From: a virus
DNA length: 64,000 nucleotides
Virus record (IMG/VR): IMGVR_UViG_3300046674_000395
Location: 23,566-87,565 of that record
Reading direction: 5' to 3' (one strand)
A program made the translations under genes and the position numbers. This document shows, piece after piece, positions 17,244-25,763 of the stretch (its first letter is position 1; every line of letters starts with the position of its first letter). Below the pieces are notes generated by a model that saw only the letters and a program-made list of their open reading frames with translations, had not been told where the DNA came from and did no database searches.

Positions 17244-17603
17244 CTATCGGCGACTGCCGGCCTTAGCGCGGTCGCCGCGGCGGAGCCGGTCGAGTGCCTG
17301 CTGCGAGGTGGGGGCGGCGTACTGGCGGCCGGGGGTGGCGATGTCGCGCATCCCGGCGGGCGGCTGCTCGTAGACGGTGCCGCTCTGGCCGAGGAGTCCG
17401 GAGGCGGACAGGTGGCCGGTCATCCACTCGCCGGTGAGCCGGGACTGCCGGTCGAAGGTGTGGGCGCTGTAGGTCTGGTCGTCTTCGTAGGGGGCGAGGT
17501 TGGTCGCCATGTTGTTGATCGTGTAGACGGTCTTGCCTTTGCTGAGCCAGCGGTTGAGGTCTTTGGCGCCCCTGCGGGTGGGCTGCCAGCTGCGTCCGGC
17601 CAT
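17244..17603 (-). CDS. hypothetical protein (Spd-like position downstream of traB)
   Basis: 119-aa ORF, first gene after the traB-proximal repeat region. Confidence 0.58.
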   Translation of the reverse strand: MAGRSWQPTRRGAKDLNRWLSKGKTVYTINNMATNLAPYEDDQTYSAHTFDRQSRLTGEWMTGHLSASGLLGQSGTVYEQPPAGMRDIATPGRQYAAPTSQQALDRLRRGDRAKAGSRR

Positions 17604-17668
17604 GAGTGATCTCCTGCTTCCGTCGTCTTGGGTTTGCCCTGGTTTGGGCGGTTGGATGGATGGTCGAC

Positions 17669-17817
17669 GCCCGGTCGGCGCCTAGTTTGCGGTGGTATGA
17701 GACCCGGTCGAGGATGCGGCACCCCGGTCGCCGGGCCGCCGCGATCCGTAGTGCGACCGGGTTACATACCGGCCCATAGCGGGCCGGTACCACCCTCCGA
17801 CCAGGCGGCGACCGGGT
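17669..17817. repeat. clt-like cluster of five 8-bp repeats (consensus ACCCGGTC / GACCGGGT) downstream of traB
   Basis: gcccggtc 17669-17676, acccggtc 17702-17709, ccccggtc 17722-17729 in one orientation; gaccgggt 17755-17762 and 17810-17817 inverted. Confidence 0.65.
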
Positions 17818-17825
17818 TGTCTGTC

Positions 17826-19889
17826 CTACTTGGCGGCAGCTTCGGCGAGCTGCTCGCGGGTGTAGCCGTTCGGGTTGGCCAGCCCGTCGAGCGGGCCGAG
17901 CTTGCGGGTGCCGCCGGCACCGGCGTCGCGAAGGCGGGCCTGCAACTCGGGCTCGGTCACGCCCTGGTAGCGGTCGGGCCGGTAGGCGATCAGCAGTTCC
18001 AGGAGCCGCTTGGTGCGGGCCCGGTCGACTCCGTTGGCGTCGAGAACCGTGAGGGCGTCGGCCAGCAGCTCCTTGTGCACCGACGCCGGTTCCGTCTTGC
18101 CGTACTCGGCGGCGAACCCCGTCAGAGTCCCGGCTTCGATGCGCAGTTGGCGGCCACGCAGGCAGATGTCTCGGAACTCGGGGATCGTCATGAAGTCGGT
18201 CTTCAGGGTGACGTGCCCCTCCTCGCCGCCCTGGTCGAGTACGACGACGCCCTTCTGCGAGTCGAGGAGCATGTGGGGTGCGGCTCCGGCGGCGACGGCG
18301 TCGTCGCCGAGGACCATCCGGGAGCTGGCTGCGCCCTTGACTCGGAAGCAGGCGGTCTTGCGGCACACGTTGCGCAGCATGGTCGGCACGCTGCTCGCGT
18401 CCGGGCGCTGGGTGATGAAGAGGCCCATGCCGCCTGCGTAACGGCTGACGCGGACGAACCGGGCCATGGTCTCGACGAGGACTTCCTTGCCGTTGCGGCC
18501 CTTGTCCCTGCTCTCGGAATCGTCATCCGTCTTGATCTTCATCATGGCGGCGGCGTCCAGGAGTTCCTGCAGCTCGTCGACGATCAGCAGGGTCAGGCCG
18601 CGCTTCCACAGCTTCGCCAGTTCGGGGGTGAGCTTGCCCTCCGGGCACTGCTCCGGGTGCTCCTCGGACAGCTGCTCCAGCTTCTCGCCGATCTCCTGCA
18701 TGTCGGCGATCAGCTCGTTCAGCAGGTCCAGGAAGGCGAGGATCTTCGCAGGAGTGTTGCCAGCCACGTAGGACTGGGCGAACTGCTTGGTCGCCGCCCA
18801 GTCCGGGCCGGCCTTCCCGGTGGCCACGTGGACGGTCATGTACGGGTCGAGGGCGGCGGTCGCGGCGACGAGGCGGGCCAGGAACGACTTGCCGTAGTCG
18901 GGCAGGCCGCCCAGCAGCAGGGAGCACCACACCAGTTCCAGGACGTGCCGGGTTCCACGGGGGTCAGTACCCAGAGGGACGCCGCCCTGCCAGAAGTCCC
19001 ACTGCTCCAGGGTGAGCAGCGGCGAGGGCACCTTCTTGGAGCCGTAGGGGTTGGCCTCGTTGGCCACCCACAGCACGAACCGTCCCTCGTGCCCTTCCTC
19101 GGAGGAGTCGGCGTGCATCTCGACCTGGGACTTCTTCACCTTCAGCGCCGAGGCCAGCTCTTCGGCCTTGGAGATGGCGGACGACGCCTTCATCCCACCG
19201 GGCAGTTCCGCGGTGGCGGTCCAGCCGGGGCCAGCGGGCCGGATGATGCCGACCAGGTGGGTCTCGTCGCGCTGTGCCTCGCTGATGATCCCAGCCTTGA
19301 CGAGCGCGGTGATCAGGTCGGCCTCGCCGCGGATCTGGGCTGCGTCCCGCGGGGCCGTGCCGAACAAGTCGCTGCCCCCGCCGGCTCCTGCGATACCGGC
19401 CCGGTGGCGGCCGTGGAAGGCGCCGAGACCCCAGGTGCCGAGAACGGCGAGAGCGTCCACCCACAGGCTGCCGGTAACGACTCCGAAGCCGACTCCCCCG
19501 GTGACCGCTCCAGCCACCCCGGCGGTCTTGCCCGTGTAGGCGAGGCGGTGCCGCTTGTACTCGTCGCGAAGGTCGGCGCGCCGCTTCTTGGCCGCGCCCT
19601 CCGCATGCATGTCGCCTGCCGCATCACGGACGGCCTCGCCCGCTGTTGCGATCAGCTGCGGGTAGTCGTCGCGGTAGCGGTCGACCCAGCGGCGGCCGAG
19701 CTGCCGGTAGCCGCGGGCGGTGTGCGGCAGCAGGGCGAGCTGGGCGATGCGGTTGGTGCGCTCAGCAATCGTCCGCACCGACGGGGCCGGCTTGCGGTCG
19801 GCCGCCTCGTCCTTGAAGACGGGCGCCTCGGGAACGTCTTGGACGAGGGTCAGCAGGACACGCTCGTCGGTCAGCGGGGTGGCCATCAT
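17826..19889 (-). CDS. traB: FtsK/SpoIIIE-family conjugative dsDNA translocase (TraB-like)
   Basis: ATG 19889 overlaps the DUF2637 stop; 687 aa. Walker A GGLPDYGKS, Walker B LLIVDELQ; N-terminal TM region GAVTGGVGFGVVTGSLWVDALAVLGTWGLGAF. The first ~295 aa of track ORF 17826-20774 are off-gene R-rich sequence. Confidence 0.9.
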   Translation of the reverse strand: MMATPLTDERVLLTLVQDVPEAPVFKDEAADRKPAPSVRTIAERTNRIAQLALLPHTARGYRQLGRRWVDRYRDDYPQLIATAGEAVRDAAGDMHAEGAAKKRRADLRDEYKRHRLAYTGKTAGVAGAVTGGVGFGVVTGSLWVDALAVLGTWGLGAFHGRHRAGIAGAGGGSDLFGTAPRDAAQIRGEADLITALVKAGIISEAQRDETHLVGIIRPAGPGWTATAELPGGMKASSAISKAEELASALKVKKSQVEMHADSSEEGHEGRFVLWVANEANPYGSKKVPSPLLTLEQWDFWQGGVPLGTDPRGTRHVLELVWCSLLLGGLPDYGKSFLARLVAATAALDPYMTVHVATGKAGPDWAATKQFAQSYVAGNTPAKILAFLDLLNELIADMQEIGEKLEQLSEEHPEQCPEGKLTPELAKLWKRGLTLLIVDELQELLDAAAMMKIKTDDDSESRDKGRNGKEVLVETMARFVRVSRYAGGMGLFITQRPDASSVPTMLRNVCRKTACFRVKGAASSRMVLGDDAVAAGAAPHMLLDSQKGVVVLDQGGEEGHVTLKTDFMTIPEFRDICLRGRQLRIEAGTLTGFAAEYGKTEPASVHKELLADALTVLDANGVDRARTKRLLELLIAYRPDRYQGVTEPELQARLRDAGAGGTRKLGPLDGLANPNGYTREQLAEAAAK

Positions 19890-21157
19890 CGGTCCTTCTT
19901 CTCGGCGGTCTGCTTGGCGGCGATGGACGCCTGGCGGCGCGCGGCCGACGTGTATTTGACGTCGCCCTTGCTGCGGATTCCGCGGCGTGCGGGCGGGCTG
20001 TAGACGCGCTGCTTCTTCGCGGAGGGCACTTGCGATGCACGCTGCGCGTTCGTGGTCTTGCTGAGGGTGTTGACGGGGGTGCCAGTGAGGGCGGATTCGA
20101 CGCGCTTTTCGGCGGTGCGGCGCGAGCTGATGGACTCGATGGAGTCCCCCGGGTCGCAGCCCTTGATGTTGCGGTAGGCACGGGGCCACACGGCCGGGTC
20201 GTCGGGCTCCTTGCCGAGCGCGGCACCGATCTGCACGGCCTCGTCCCACACGTCCTTGAACACGGTCTGCCGGATCTCCCGCAGCTCCTGCCGGGCCTTC
20301 TCGGCAGCCTCGTCGGCAGCCTTCTTCTCGGCCCGCTTCCTCTCCTCCTCGGCAGCCTTCCGCGCGGCCTCGGCGCGCTCGTTCTTCCGCTGCACCTTCC
20401 GCTCCCGGCGGGTGAGGACGCCGTCGCGCTTGCGGATGCGGCCGTGCTCGTGGAGGTCCCACACGCCAGGGCCGGCGATCGAGGCGAACGCGGTCGCGAT
20501 GGCGGTGGCAGGGTCGAACGCGTTGAGCCCGTGCCACAGGTTGATCGCAGCGGCGATGAAGGCGAGGAGCCAGGCGATCAGCCGGTAGTGCCATTGGGGT
20601 CGGTGCGCAGCGACGGCTGCGGCTGCTCCCTTGAGGACGACCCAGGCACCGCCTTCGAGCATGAGCGGCGCGGCCATCAGCCACAGCGCCTTCGGGTCGT
20701 AGAACGCGGCGACCTGGACGGGCAGGGCGACAATCGCGCAGACGATGTAGAAGCCGCGGGCGTAGCCGCGCCACCGGTCCTCCGCTTCGGCGACCTCGGC
20801 CTCTTGAGCCTGCGCGACAGCCTTCTGCTTCTCGGCCTCCCGGGCGCCCTCCTCGCGGGCACGGTCGGCTTCCTCGCGCTTGCGGTTCGACTCGGCGATG
20901 CGGGCATCGCGTGCGGCCTGCTCCTCGATGGCGCGGGCCTCGGCCTTGTCGTTGAGGAGCTTCTGCTTGCGGGCATCCTCGACGGCCTTGATCTTCTCGG
21001 CCTCAGCCTTGCCCTCGGCTTCGATCCGGGCGGCTTCGGCGTCAGCGGCGGCTCGGGTACGGATCGCCTCCGCCTCGGCCAGCGCGCGCGGGTCGAACCG
21101 CGGCTCGGGCGAGGTCTTCGGCGTGCCGTTGACCTTCTCGACGGACATGGCGGTCAC
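19886..21157 (-). CDS. DUF2637-like membrane protein with N-terminal E/A/K-rich coiled coil
   Basis: Four TM helices (FYIVCAIVALPVQVAAFY, LWLMAAPLMLEGGAWVVL, LIAWLLAFIAAAINLW, AIATAFASIAGPGVW), the usual partner of TraB in AICEs. Confidence 0.75.
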   Translation of the reverse strand: MTAMSVEKVNGTPKTSPEPRFDPRALAEAEAIRTRAAADAEAARIEAEGKAEAEKIKAVEDARKQKLLNDKAEARAIEEQAARDARIAESNRKREEADRAREEGAREAEKQKAVAQAQEAEVAEAEDRWRGYARGFYIVCAIVALPVQVAAFYDPKALWLMAAPLMLEGGAWVVLKGAAAAVAAHRPQWHYRLIAWLLAFIAAAINLWHGLNAFDPATAIATAFASIAGPGVWDLHEHGRIRKRDGVLTRRERKVQRKNERAEAARKAAEEERKRAEKKAADEAAEKARQELREIRQTVFKDVWDEAVQIGAALGKEPDDPAVWPRAYRNIKGCDPGDSIESISSRRTAEKRVESALTGTPVNTLSKTTNAQRASQVPSAKKQRVYSPPARRGIRSKGDVKYTSAARRQASIAAKQTAEKKDR

Positions 21158-21196
21158 GGTGATCGGTGTCCTTTCGGATCGTTGACGGCGGGACGA

Positions 21197-21379
21197 TCAG
21201 TGCTGGTGGCGCGAGAACGTGCTGTGCGGCGGGGTGTGCCGGATCGCGTCGCCTTCAGCGGCGTTCCGGTCGACGGACGGGCGGGACGCCCGCTTCCCGC
21301 AGGAGCAGGACCAGTCGAAGTGGGCGGCCAGAGCCGGGCGGTTGGACTTCCACGGGGCGATGTGAATGACGTGATCCAT
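21197..21379 (-). CDS. hypothetical small protein
   Basis: 60-aa ORF in the operon. Confidence 0.45.
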   Translation of the reverse strand: MDHVIHIAPWKSNRPALAAHFDWSCSCGKRASRPSVDRNAAEGDAIRHTPPHSTFSRHQH

Positions 21380-21392
21380 TGGGTCCTCGCAG

Positions 21393-21605
21393 TCAGGCGT
21401 CGACAGGGGTGGCGGCCGGGACGGGGGCGGGCCGGTTCCTGGCCCAGGCGATACCGGCGGTCAGCAACCAGACCGGCGTAGGGATCAGACCGAAGACCAC
21501 GACCAGTCCCGCGACCAGCAGGGACACCGGCGCAGCCGCTGCCGGCCACAGGCCCACGACGATCAGATACAGACCCAACAGGACGATCAAGATGATGCGG
21601 AGCAT
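21393..21605 (-). CDS. small membrane protein (2 TM)
   Basis: MLRIILIVLLGLYLIVVGLW...LVAGLVVVFGLIPTPVWLLTAGIAW. Confidence 0.62.
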   Translation of the reverse strand: MLRIILIVLLGLYLIVVGLWPAAAAPVSLLVAGLVVVFGLIPTPVWLLTAGIAWARNRPAPVPAATPVDA

Positions 21606-21696
21606 GACGACCTCACAGGTCAGATGGGGTATCGACGGGTGGTGCTGCGCTGGTTCTCCTCACCGCCCGTGCGAGACGGGCGGATCGGGCAGCCGG

Positions 21697-21894
21697 TCAG
21701 CGCTTGGTGCCGCCGTGCCAGCGGGACACCTTGGCGGCGGCCTCGTTCGCGGCGGCGTTCAGCCGCACGTACTCGGGCGTCTCGTCGCGGATGCCAGCCT
21801 TCTTCTCCTTGCGCTGGTTCTCGTGCAGCGCGGCGTCGACCTTGCGCAGTTCCGCGATCGCGGCCTTCTCTTCGGCGGTCTTCTTCCAGCCCAT
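21697..21894 (-). CDS. hypothetical small protein
   Basis: 65-aa ORF; hairpin ccgcccg/cgggcgg downstream. Confidence 0.52.
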   Translation of the reverse strand: MGWKKTAEEKAAIAELRKVDAALHENQRKEKKAGIRDETPEYVRLNAAANEAAAKVSRWHGGTKR

Positions 21895-21949
21895 GGCGGG
21901 CTCCTCTTCTGTGGTGGCGGATGGTGGGGAGTGGAGGGGTGGCGCCCGG

Positions 21950-22132
21950 TCAGCGGCGGAATGCGGCGCTGATCAGGGCGCTCATGTCGTCGGTGCGGTC
22001 GGCGACCTTGCCGGACTCCAGCTGGGCGGCACGGCTGTCGTAGCGGTCGGCGGCGGCGTCCTTGCCACGGCCGCGGGCCGTCTGGGCGGCGGCACGGTTG
22101 GCGGCGGCAGCCTTCTTGATGCGGTCGGTCAT
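21950..22132 (-). CDS. hypothetical small protein
   Basis: ATG at 22132 (MTDRIKKAAAANRAAAQ...), 60 aa. Confidence 0.48.
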   Translation of the reverse strand: MTDRIKKAAAANRAAAQTARGRGKDAAADRYDSRAAQLESGKVADRTDDMSALISAAFRR

Positions 22133-22223
22133 GTGGTGCCTCTCGGGTCGGGATCGGGTGTGGTGCGCGCCCCGGGCCGGATTCGCTCCGGCGCCCTCAC
22201 GGCTGGATGCCGGGGCTGTGGGG

Positions 22224-22517
22224 TCAGGCGGCTTCGGTCCAGGCGATGAGCGCGTGCAGCTGGTCGACGATCCGCGCCCCGAACGGCTGCGCGGCGTCGA
22301 TCTCTTCGGCCCGGTCGAAGATCGCGACCAGGGCTGCGGTGTCGCCGGCCTTGTCGGCGGCGATCGCACGGATCAGCAACTCGGCGCCCTCATCACCGCG
22401 GACCGCCTCGTAGGAGTCGTCCACCTGGGCTGCGCGGATACCGGCAGAGATCTCGCGGACAGTCGCGGAGACGGTGCGGAGGTCAGCATCGAAAACGAAC
22501 ATGGAGGTGCCCTTCAC
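22224..22517 (-). CDS. hypothetical protein
   Basis: 97-aa ORF (GTG 22517, alternative ATG 22502). Confidence 0.52.
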   Translation of the reverse strand: MKGTSMFVFDADLRTVSATVREISAGIRAAQVDDSYEAVRGDEGAELLIRAIAADKAGDTAALVAIFDRAEEIDAAQPFGARIVDQLHALIAWTEAA

Positions 22518-22676
22518 ATGGGTCAGCGGGAATGGGGTGAGGTGGAAGACCGCGGCGCGGGACGGGGGGAATGTCGGACCGCGCCGCGGCCGAACAGGGG
22601 GCCTACTTCGGCCGGGACTCGCTTGCCTTGTTCTTCTCGCGCAGCTTGCGCAGCATCTCCGCGTACTCGGCGTCGG

Positions 22677-22847
22677 TCATGACCGCTCGTCGACGATCGC
22701 CAGAAGCGACCGCAGTGAGGCCCGGAGGCGACCGACCATCATCTCGGCGCCACCCACCGTGCCGAGGTCGTCGACATCAGATTCGGCGAGAGCCTCCCGG
22801 GCCACGGCGACCCAGGCCTGCTCGCGCGGCGTCAGCTTGCCGGCCAT
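22677..22847 (-). CDS. possible 56-aa protein
   Basis: Own translation MAGKLTPREQAWVAVAREALAESDVDDLG...; ATG 22847 overlaps the upstream stop; below the track length cut-off. Confidence 0.4.
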   Translation of the reverse strand: MAGKLTPREQAWVAVAREALAESDVDDLGTVGGAEMMVGRLRASLRSLLAIVDERS

Positions 22848-23086
22848 CACGCGGCCTCGATCAGGTGCAGCAGACCGGCGGCAGCCAGGGTGGCGCGGGA
22901 GCCGGCGATCAGCTCCTCGGCGACGACGAAGCCCTCCGCGTCCAGATCCGACAGCTGACCGGCTTCGGCGAGCTCGGCCAGGTTGGATCGGTGCAGGGCA
23001 GCCGTCTCGTACACGGTCACGGCACGGACGATGGCCGGGGCGAGCAGGACGGCCGGGTGGGTCGGGGTTGCGGTGCTCATGGTCAC
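22847..23086 (-). CDS. hypothetical protein
   Basis: 79-aa ORF; overlaps the stop of the HTH gene. Confidence 0.52.
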   Translation of the reverse strand: MTMSTATPTHPAVLLAPAIVRAVTVYETAALHRSNLAELAEAGQLSDLDAEGFVVAEELIAGSRATLAAAGLLHLIEAA

Positions 23087-23337
23087 GCCACCTCCGAGGT
23101 GGGCTGAGAGTCGGTGCGGGAGTTGCGCAGGTACTCGACGACGGCCGACTGCGGGACCTTCAGACCGGTGCGACGCTTCTGGCCACTACCGAGCTGAATG
23201 GAGGGCAGGTCACCGCTGGCGATCAAGCGGTAGACGGTCGCGGGGTGGACATCCAGGTACTCGGCGACCTCTGCCGGCTTGAGCGCCCCCTGCAACAGGG
23301 CGAGCTCTCTTGCGAGTTCGTCGTTGGGCGTGGGCAC
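23083..23337 (-). CDS. excisionase-family HTH DNA-binding protein (first gene of the transfer operon)
   Basis: LKPAEVAEYLDVHPATVYRLIASGDLPSIQLG: HTH_17/excisionase-type motif. Confidence 0.78.
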   Translation of the reverse strand: MPTPNDELARELALLQGALKPAEVAEYLDVHPATVYRLIASGDLPSIQLGSGQKRRTGLKVPQSAVVEYLRNSRTDSQPTSEVA

Positions 23338-23382
23338 AGAGGCCTCCGGTCATTGGGGCAGGTCAGGGCTAGGTTGCCGCCA

Positions 23383-23396
23383 CTTGGATATCCATG
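23383..23396. promoter_or_regulatory. GntR-type operator upstream of the transfer operon
   Basis: cttggatatccatg, near-palindrome of the CTTGGATAYCCAAG family repeated 6 times between 23.38 and 24.88 kb. Confidence 0.6.
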
Positions 23397-23468
23397 TTGC
23401 GACTAGAGAAACCGTAGCCGCTACAGCATGGGTATGCAAGTAGCGCGACAAGTCCGAGCGCAGCAAAA

Positions 23469-23497
23469 AGCCCCCAACCGCAGAGCAGTTGGGGGCT
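23469..23497 (-). terminator. rho-independent terminator of the GntR gene
   Basis: agcccccaac 23469-23478 / gttgggggct 23488-23497, followed on the minus strand by a U-run (aaaaa 23465-23469). Confidence 0.8.
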
Positions 23498-23515
23498 CAC
23501 CTGGAGGGACGCCTC

Positions 23516-24307
23516 CTACACGTCAATCACGTACCGGAAGGCGTGCCGGTCACACGGGACGATCGAGTCTTGAACCTCCAGCACGTCACCGGCCGAGTCG
23601 TAGGCGGTGCGGATCACGCGCGCCACCGGAACGCCTTCCGGGATGTCGAGTTGCTCGACCTCATGGGGATACGGCATCCGGACATCGAGGTCTTCGATGA
23701 ACTGGGTGATGCGCCGGCCAATGGGTCCGTCGGGGTCTTCAATGATGGCGTTGGCCCCACCCTTGATCAGGCGAGGTTCGGCAAGACGGGTTCCTGCCGC
23801 GATACTGGCGTCGTAGTAGGCGTCGCACAGCAGCATCGGCGTGTCCGCCTCCCCGTCGGCACTCTTCATGACGAACCGAAGGCGTCGGACGATCATCGGC
23901 GCTCCAGGCGCGACGCGGAATCGCTCGGCGATCGCCTCCGGAGCCGGGGTCTCGACGACCTCGCGGATCTCTTGCTGCGCCTTCTGCCCCTGTGCGCGAG
24001 CTTCTGCGTTGTAGTTCGACTCCCCGGTCGCCCGGCGGGCGCGGTAGATGCTGCCCGTCTGGCGCAGGCTGACGTTGGGGCGCTCGCGAACGGTGGAGTG
24101 CTTGCCCTGACTGCTGGTGATCAACCCCTCCGCCCGCAGCACGGCAACACCCTTGCGCACGGTGGCCCGGCTGGCGCCGAAGCGCTGTTCGAGCTGCTCC
24201 TGCGAAGGGATCTTGTCTCCGGGGGCCAGATCGCCCCGGATGATCTCGGCGCGGAGCTCGTCGGCGATCTGCTTGAAGGGCGGCACCTTGGATGGGTTGG
24301 TTGACAT
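23516..24307 (-). CDS. GntR/HutC-family transcriptional regulator (wHTH plus UTRA-like domain), Kor-like
   Basis: Start MSTNPSKVPPFKQIADELRAEIIRGDLAPGDKIPSQEQLEQRFGASRATVRKGVAVLRAEGLI at 24307; ~170-aa C-terminal effector domain. Confidence 0.9.
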   Translation of the reverse strand: MSTNPSKVPPFKQIADELRAEIIRGDLAPGDKIPSQEQLEQRFGASRATVRKGVAVLRAEGLITSSQGKHSTVRERPNVSLRQTGSIYRARRATGESNYNAEARAQGQKAQQEIREVVETPAPEAIAERFRVAPGAPMIVRRLRFVMKSADGEADTPMLLCDAYYDASIAAGTRLAEPRLIKGGANAIIEDPDGPIGRRITQFIEDLDVRMPYPHEVEQLDIPEGVPVARVIRTAYDSAGDVLEVQDSIVPCDRHAFRYVIDV

Positions 24308-24321
24308 CGCACTCCTGACTA

Positions 24322-24358
24322 CTTGGATACCCATTGGAAGCGTAGCGGGATATCCAAG
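24322..24358. promoter_or_regulatory. two operator half-palindromes directly upstream of the GntR gene
   Basis: cttggatacccattgg 24322-24337 and ggatatccaag 24348-24358. Further copies at 24405-24418 and 24457-24470 lie inside the PPOX 3' end. Confidence 0.6.
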
Positions 24359-24366
24359 TTGTGCGT

Positions 24367-24786
24367 CTAGCTTGTGCGCGCCACCCACCCTGACCAGCGA
24401 GTTACTTGGATCTCGATGACCGGCCCGGCCGGTCGCCGGTCGCGATATTGGGCGTACTTGGATAGGAGAGCCTCTACAAGTTCGCCGGCATCCTCGTTCT
24501 CCAGCACGCGCGCCCGCCCGTCAGCACGCACCCACCAAAGCTGCTCCCAGTCCTCGTCGAAATGATCGACAAGGAGCGTGACAGCTGGGTTCTCTCGAAT
24601 GTTCCGAAGCCGCTTCAGGTTGCTGTGCCGCTTCGGCTTGTGATCCACCGCGATCGCAACGCGCTCCCCCACAACCGCGAACGTGGCGGGGACCAAGTGC
24701 GGGTGACCTGCGGCATCGGCAGTCGAGAGGCGCAGAACTCTAGCTCCCTCGAAGCGTTGACGCTGCTCGCCTGCCGACATCTCCAT
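24367..24786 (-). CDS. PPOX-class (pyridoxamine 5'-phosphate oxidase-like) probable F420-dependent enzyme
   Basis: HLVPATFAVVGERVAIAVDHKPKRHSNLKRLRNIRENPAVTLLVDHFDEDWEQLWWVRADGRARVL. Confidence 0.78.
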   Translation of the reverse strand: MEMSAGEQRQRFEGARVLRLSTADAAGHPHLVPATFAVVGERVAIAVDHKPKRHSNLKRLRNIRENPAVTLLVDHFDEDWEQLWWVRADGRARVLENEDAGELVEALLSKYAQYRDRRPAGPVIEIQVTRWSGWVARTS

Positions 24787-24864
24787 GGTCCGACGCTACC
24801 CACACCCGGATTCGTCGCACCACTTGCACGCTCCGCGCCATTGGCGCTACTTTCAGTGGGCCAT

Positions 24865-24878
24865 CTTGGATACCCAAG
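24865..24878. promoter_or_regulatory. best-conserved palindromic GntR-type operator in a divergent intergenic region
   Basis: cttggatacccaag (one central mismatch from a perfect palindrome). Confidence 0.62.
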
Positions 24879-24996
24879 TCAACCTGACTCCGGGAACGGC
24901 AACGGCCGAGGTGCGTCAACACCCCGGCCGTCGAAGCAACCAGCGGTTCCCGCCGCTGATCAGCAACTCAATCCTTGCGAGATTGGAGCTCTGTCC

Positions 24997-25272
24997 ATGA
25001 GCGTAGCGCTTTCCCTCTCCCCCGCGCACCTGCTCGACACGCCGCTGCCCGACCTTCTCGCCGAGACGGGCGTGCAGCTCTTCGAAAGCTCCATCCCCGA
25101 CGCCAAGTTCTTCGGTGCTGTCGTCCAACGCAAGAGCGGAGAGGTCATCCTCTCCATGCCCACCGGGCGCAGTGAACTGGAGCACGACACCGTCGCCCGC
25201 TATCTGATCGCCCAGGCCTTCGACGTCGACCTCCCGCAGCTGCCGGAGCCGTTCGAGACGACCGAGCTCTGA
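24997..25272 (+). CDS. hypothetical protein
   Basis: ATG 24997 (MSVALSLSPAHLL...), 91 aa; the upstream part of track ORF 24562-25272 is antisense to PPOX. Confidence 0.5.
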   Translation: MSVALSLSPAHLLDTPLPDLLAETGVQLFESSIPDAKFFGAVVQRKSGEVILSMPTGRSELEHDTVARYLIAQAFDVDLPQLPEPFETTEL

Positions 25273-25300
25273 AAGACTGACTCGGCCCGCTACGAGAGGA

Positions 25301-25705
25301 ATGGTCATGCGTCCAGAGCGTTTCCAGGACTTCGCTATCGACGTGCTCAAGAACACCGCAGGGGCCGTCCAGGTACGGAGCCTCAAGGACGCCGGAGACG
25401 GCAAGTACCCATTCGGTGTCGCGGTCAGCACCGGCGATGGCGAGGCACGCTGGCAGATCATGGGCCAGCTCGCTGACGGGGAGCGCCACGACCACCAGGA
25501 GCGGCCCGTCGAGGGTGCGCCGGCGGCCTGGGTGGACGCGGAGCCGGCTGGCAATCCGGAGGGCTGGCTTGCCGCAGCAATCGGTAAGGCCGAGTCTCCA
25601 GAGATTGCACGCATCGACCGCTGGTCGGTCCGTAACGGCGATGATCGACAGGGAATGACTGTCTTCTTCCATAACGGCGCTCGGGCGTTCGTGCGGAAGA
25701 TCTGA
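25301..25705 (+). CDS. hypothetical protein
   Basis: 134-aa ORF; no recognisable domain. Confidence 0.55.
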   Translation: MVMRPERFQDFAIDVLKNTAGAVQVRSLKDAGDGKYPFGVAVSTGDGEARWQIMGQLADGERHDHQERPVEGAPAAWVDAEPAGNPEGWLAAAIGKAESPEIARIDRWSVRNGDDRQGMTVFFHNGARAFVRKI

Positions 25706-25763
25706 CTTCCCTGCGCTAGGACGCCGCTAAGTAGCGCCGTCAGTCCCTGCCCGTATCGTCCAC

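Noticed and set aside
17628-20003. 791-aa + strand ORF, the longest single ORF in the region
   Set aside because: It is antisense to traB, has G/A/V/L/R-rich low-complexity composition and no motifs. The minus-strand frame carries clear FtsK Walker motifs, so this is a typical high-GC shadow ORF.
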